From: Myxococcota bacterium
GTDB taxonomy: Bacteria; Myxococcota; UBA4151
Direction of reading: 5' to 3'
DNA length: 19,591 bases
NCBI GenBank assembly: GCA_036338695.1
Contig: JAYZBQ010000028.1
Span: forward strand, 1 to 19,591
Below the pieces are notes generated by a model that worked only from the letters and a program-made list of their open reading frames with translations, did not search any database and was not told the DNA's origin. Each line of letters opens with the position of its first letter. Position 1 is the first letter of the stretch. Of the stretch, positions 15,919 to 19,591 are shown one piece after another. A program made the position numbers and the translations under genes.

Positions 15919-17904
15919 ATGATGAGGCGCGCAGGACTGCTGATGTTGATCGCAGCGTGTTCGACTGAACCGGAGCTGGAACCCTTGGACTTTGCAGACG
16001 GCTGCCAGCCGTTGTTTGCGGGCGAGGAGTGCTTGCTCCCTTATCCCAGCGACTACTTTTTGGTCGATGATCCCAGCCAGCCGTCGGGCAAACGCGTTGC
16101 GATCTCGGGGGCGGCGGAGGTCGTGAGCGACCAGCTGCAGAACGTCGACTCGGGCGTCTTTCGGCCTCAGGATGGCTTCTCGCGCAACCCGACTATTTTG
16201 TTTTCGTTGCTCGAGGAGACGGACGGCGTGGGGCTCGTGCGGCTCGACGATGACTACGAGACCAGCCGTGACCCTTCGACCAGCGCCACCGTGCTGATCG
16301 AGGCGGGCACTGGTCGACGCATCGCCCACTTCGTCGACATCGACCCGATCCCGGCCGAAGGGACGCCGCGCGGGCTGATGATCCGCCCGCTCGAAGAGCT
16401 GCTGCCGCAGACGCGTTACGTCGTCGGCGTGCACGGCCTTGCGGGCACCCAAGGTGTGATCGCTGCGCCGGAGGGGTTTCGGCGACTGCGCGACCAGCAG
16501 AGCGGCCAAGATCCGCTGCTCGAGGCGCTGCAGGCGCGCTACGATGAGACGATTTTCGCGCCGCTCGAGCGCGCGGGGCTCGAGCGCGGCGTCTTGCAGC
16601 TCGCGTGGGATTTCACGACGGCGAGCGATGAGAGCGTCACCGGCGACATGATGCGTGTGCGGGAGCTGACGCTCGAGTGGCTGCAGACGCAGACGCCTGC
16701 GGTGCGCGTGACCGAAGTGCGTGAGTTCAACAACGAGTCACGCGGGATCTGGCGCTACGTCTACGGCAAGATCACCGGGCCCCGCTTTGTCGAGTCCAAT
16801 GAGCTCGGCGCTTGGCTGCACAAGCCGCAAGGCCAGGTGGAGCAAAATGGCGAGTTTGAGTTCTCGTTTATCGTGGCGGTGCCCAATGCGCTCAAGACCC
16901 ACTTTGAGCCAGGGCGTGCGATCGGTTACGGGCACGGCTTCTTCGGCTCGTACCGCGAGGTCGAGGCGGGATCGGTGGCTGGGATCGCCAACCATCTCAA
17001 GACGATCGTGATCGGGATCCCGTGGACTGGGATGACCGAGGTCGACGCGGCGGTGCTCGTGGGCGATATGGTCGACGAGCCCGGTCAGATGATCCGCTTT
17101 GGCGAGCGAGTCCACCAGGCGCAGGCGAACTGGTTGGTCACGACGCAGGTGGTCAAGAATCAACTCTTTGGGCTGCCCGAGCTGCGGCGGCCGACAGAGG
17201 AGGGCGCTGACGGCGTGGTGGTCAACGAGCAAGGTGAATCCAACGCCGGACAAGCCCTCTACGACCCGAGCTGGATTGGCTACATTGGGATCAGTCAGGG
17301 GCATATTCTTGGCGGCACGACCGCTGCCCTGAACCCCGATTTTGATCGCGTCGTGCTCAACGTCGGCGGCTGCGCCTTTACCCATATGATGAGCCGCTCC
17401 TCGAACTTTAGTTACTACCTGATGCTGATCGATACGCTGACGCTCGCAGACCCCTTTGAGCGGCAGAAGATGCTGGCGATGATGCAGCCGATTTTTGATC
17501 GCTTTGACCCCGCGACCTACGCCAAGTACGTCCTGCGCGAAAAGCTCCCAGGCAGCCCAGAAGACCGCCGGGTTCTGATGCAGACGGGCTTTGCGGACCC
17601 ACAGGTGCCGGACTTCACAGCGCAGCTTCACGCCCGCTTGCTCGGGATCCCGGTGCTCGAGCCGAGCCCCGAGGTCATGTGGGGACTTGAGACCACCACG
17701 TCGCCAGCGCCTGGCAGCGCCTTCACCTACTTTAAGTATGACGTCGACGCTGCGTTTCGTCAGGTCGCCCAGCCCACCGATGAGGGCAACGAGGTGCACG
17801 AAGGCATCCGGCGGCTCGACGTCACCAAGCAACAACTCGACGCCTTCTTGCGCCCGGGTGGGGTGATCGAACACTTCTGCGAGGGGCCGTGTGATCCGGA
17901 CTGA
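15919..17904 (+). CDS. Large lipoprotein alpha/beta-hydrolase (extracellular lipase/esterase-like) with N-terminal beta domain
   Basis: Lipobox LIAA-C; CLLPYPSDYF, DGFS, IRP...L.P.TRY.V; YGHGFFGS; nucleophile GISQG; Asp in GFADPQV; His in NEVHEG. Confidence 0.85.
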   Translation: MMRRAGLLMLIAACSTEPELEPLDFADGCQPLFAGEECLLPYPSDYFLVDDPSQPSGKRVAISGAAEVVSDQLQNVDSGVFRPQDGFSRNPTILFSLLEETDGVGLVRLDDDYETSRDPSTSATVLIEAGTGRRIAHFVDIDPIPAEGTPRGLMIRPLEELLPQTRYVVGVHGLAGTQGVIAAPEGFRRLRDQQSGQDPLLEALQARYDETIFAPLERAGLERGVLQLAWDFTTASDESVTGDMMRVRELTLEWLQTQTPAVRVTEVREFNNESRGIWRYVYGKITGPRFVESNELGAWLHKPQGQVEQNGEFEFSFIVAVPNALKTHFEPGRAIGYGHGFFGSYREVEAGSVAGIANHLKTIVIGIPWTGMTEVDAAVLVGDMVDEPGQMIRFGERVHQAQANWLVTTQVVKNQLFGLPELRRPTEEGADGVVVNEQGESNAGQALYDPSWIGYIGISQGHILGGTTAALNPDFDRVVLNVGGCAFTHMMSRSSNFSYYLMLIDTLTLADPFERQKMLAMMQPIFDRFDPATYAKYVLREKLPGSPEDRRVLMQTGFADPQVPDFTAQLHARLLGIPVLEPSPEVMWGLETTTSPAPGSAFTYFKYDVDAAFRQVAQPTDEGNEVHEGIRRLDVTKQQLDAFLRPGGVIEHFCEGPCDPD

Positions 17905-18913
17905 GCGCTCGGCTGTCATCGCCGCGTTGGCGATGGTTTGTGTCGGGTGCTCGTCGCCCTCCTTGCCCGGAGTGGACGCGGGGGCGGCGCCACCTGATGC
18001 GTCGCCTTTGACCGATGCGTCGCCGGGAGACGCTGGGCGGCTTGATGGTGGCTGGCTCGATGCGAGCGGCTTTGATGGGGGAGACCGCCCCGACGCAGGG
18101 GCAGACGATGACGCAGGTCAAGCGCTGGGGGCTGAGTGTGCCTCGCTTCCGCCGGGCTACGCCAAGCAGCTCTGCCTGAAGCCGTGGATTCAAGACCTGG
18201 CCCGACGGCTCGGGCCAGCCGACGCGCTCTGCCAAGCCGAGGAGCTCCTCGAGCGGGGCGAGGTGAGTGACTGTCACCTGCTCGCTCATTTTGTCGGCGA
18301 GGTGGTCTTTGAGCAGCAAGAGCAGGACGCCGCGAGGAGTTTGGTGGCGTGCCCCGCGACCTGTCTGTCGGGTTGCGGTCATCAGGTCATGCAGGAGGTG
18401 GTCGAGCAGCGCGGGCTCAACCGTATCTTTCGAGAGCAAGGCAGCGAGGCGGTCGATCAGGAGCTGCGTCAGCTCGTCCGCCTGTGCCGAGACTACGAGG
18501 ACGATGACCCGGATCAGTTTGCGCTGTGCATCCATGGCATTGGGCACGGGCTCTTGAGCAGCGGATTCTTGGGGCCGGTGGAGGCAGCTGAGCTCTGTGA
18601 TCAAGAGCTTGGCGTGGAGGGCTTCGCCTGCGCCTCGGGCGTCTTTATGGAGTACACCAGCCGGTACATCCGGCTCGATGAGGCGCAGCTGCTCGAGAGC
18701 TTACCGACGATCTGCGAGCTCGGCGGCAATCAGTGGGAGGACTTGTGCTGGCGAAACGTCGGTGAGTCGCTGATGTGGTTTTACGGACACCAGCTCGAAC
18801 GGGTTGTGGGGCGGTGCAACCGGCTCCCCGTCAGCGATGACGCCAAGGCGTGCCGAGAGGGCGCCGAGGTGGAAGCTGGCGTCGCCGATATGCAGCGCAA
18901 CACCTGCCCTTAA
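17891..18913 (+). CDS. Hypothetical lipoprotein with repeated Cys/His helical motifs
   Basis: GTG start overlaps the upstream gene end; lipobox VCVG-C; DAG-rich linker; CHLLAHFVG, GCGHQVM, CIHGIGHG, CASGVFME, CWRNVG. Confidence 0.78.
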   Translation: MIRTERSAVIAALAMVCVGCSSPSLPGVDAGAAPPDASPLTDASPGDAGRLDGGWLDASGFDGGDRPDAGADDDAGQALGAECASLPPGYAKQLCLKPWIQDLARRLGPADALCQAEELLERGEVSDCHLLAHFVGEVVFEQQEQDAARSLVACPATCLSGCGHQVMQEVVEQRGLNRIFREQGSEAVDQELRQLVRLCRDYEDDDPDQFALCIHGIGHGLLSSGFLGPVEAAELCDQELGVEGFACASGVFMEYTSRYIRLDEAQLLESLPTICELGGNQWEDLCWRNVGESLMWFYGHQLERVVGRCNRLPVSDDAKACREGAEVEAGVADMQRNTCP

Positions 18914-19590
18914 CGAAATCGGTCGGGGCTTAGCCAGTTGACGTCGTGCGCTGGACGCTCCCCGACGACCTGCGCTGCGAGCGCCTCGCCGAGCGCCGGG
19001 ACCATCTTAAAGCCATGTCCGCTCAAGCCGGCTCCGACGTACAGGTGGTGGAACCCTTCGACCGCTCCGAGCATCGGATGCTCATCGGGCGTGAGCGTGT
19101 ACATGCAGGCTGTGTGGTCTCGAGGCGCTGACGTGTCGACGCTGGCGAAGCGGCGGCTCAACAAGTCGCTGACGCGCGCCCGGTCGTCGGCGTTGACTCG
19201 GCGATCGAGCGCAAGCGGCGTAGAGCAGTCTTGCCCGCCCGAGTGTTCGGCGACCTTAAAGCCGTGCTCATCAAGACTCGGGAAGCCATAAAAGACACCG
19301 TCAGGCTCCTCAAAGAGCCAGACCGGAAACCCTGCGGTTCGGCTGAGCCCCGCCGGCGCCCCAAACCAGAAGAGCGACTTTCGCTTGACCGTCAGGAGTC
19401 CGCTCAAATGCGTGGGCAAGAGCTGGCACGCCCAGGCGCCCGGGCACAGCACCAAGCGCTCTGCGAAGACATCCCCTCGATCGGTGACGACGCGCCAGCG
19501 GTCTCGCTCGTGGCTGTAGCCGTGAACGCTTACGCCGGTGCGTAAGTCGGCGCCGAGTCGCTCAGCTCGACTCGCCCACGCGCGCACGCA
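18910..19590 (-). CDS. solA: N-methyl-L-tryptophan oxidase / monomeric sarcosine oxidase family flavoprotein; 5' end outside the window
   Basis: LVLCPGAW, FYGFP, FKVAEH, ACMYTLTPDEH (covalent-FAD Cys region), GLSGHGFKMVPALGEALA, terminal LSPDRF. Confidence 0.85.
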   Translation of the reverse strand, partial: CVRAWASRAERLGADLRTGVSVHGYSHERDRWRVVTDRGDVFAERLVLCPGAWACQLLPTHLSGLLTVKRKSLFWFGAPAGLSRTAGFPVWLFEEPDGVFYGFPSLDEHGFKVAEHSGGQDCSTPLALDRRVNADDRARVSDLLSRRFASVDTSAPRDHTACMYTLTPDEHPMLGAVEGFHHLYVGAGLSGHGFKMVPALGEALAAQVVGERPAHDVNWLSPDRFR

Positions 19591-19591
19591 G

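Noticed and set aside
4917..18604. Antisense ORFs 4917..5801, 6018..6659, 15832..16509, 16738..17919 and 17822..18604
   Set aside because: Each lies opposite a well-supported gene and has no recognisable motifs.
18796..18809. Partial KstR-like match TCGAACGGGTTGTG
   Set aside because: The last base mismatches and it lies inside a CDS near a 3' end, so it is probably chance.

Overview
GC-rich bacterial DNA, probably Myxococcota (inferred from a MYXO-CTERM tail and Myxococcus-type Cys-rich repeats). It holds 14 tightly packed CDSs, two of them truncated by the window edges. I found no RNA genes, mobile elements or CRISPR arrays. Two themes are interleaved. (1) Four surface proteins are built from acidic CGDG...ExCDDGN...DxC repeat stalks, each with a different unrelated domain at the end farthest from its membrane anchor. 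(2) A set of steroid-catabolism-type enzymes: a CYP125-like P450, an EchA19-like crotonase and a KshA/Neverland-like Rieske oxygenase, plus a START/SRPBCC protein. The main observation is three exact copies of the palindrome TnnAACnnGTTnnA (5742-5755, 5799-5812, 14279-14292), the actinobacterial KstR cholesterol-regulon operator consensus, each directly upstream of one of the three enzymes. Two of the stalk-protein genes lie downstream in the same apparent transcription units, suggesting (inference) a sterol-responsive regulon that couples sterol modification to display of surface adhesins. The rest of the window has two lipoprotein alpha/beta-hydrolases, ilvE, a His/Cys-motif lipoprotein and a partial sarcosine/N-methyltryptophan oxidase. 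All family calls come from motif recognition by eye; no searches were run.
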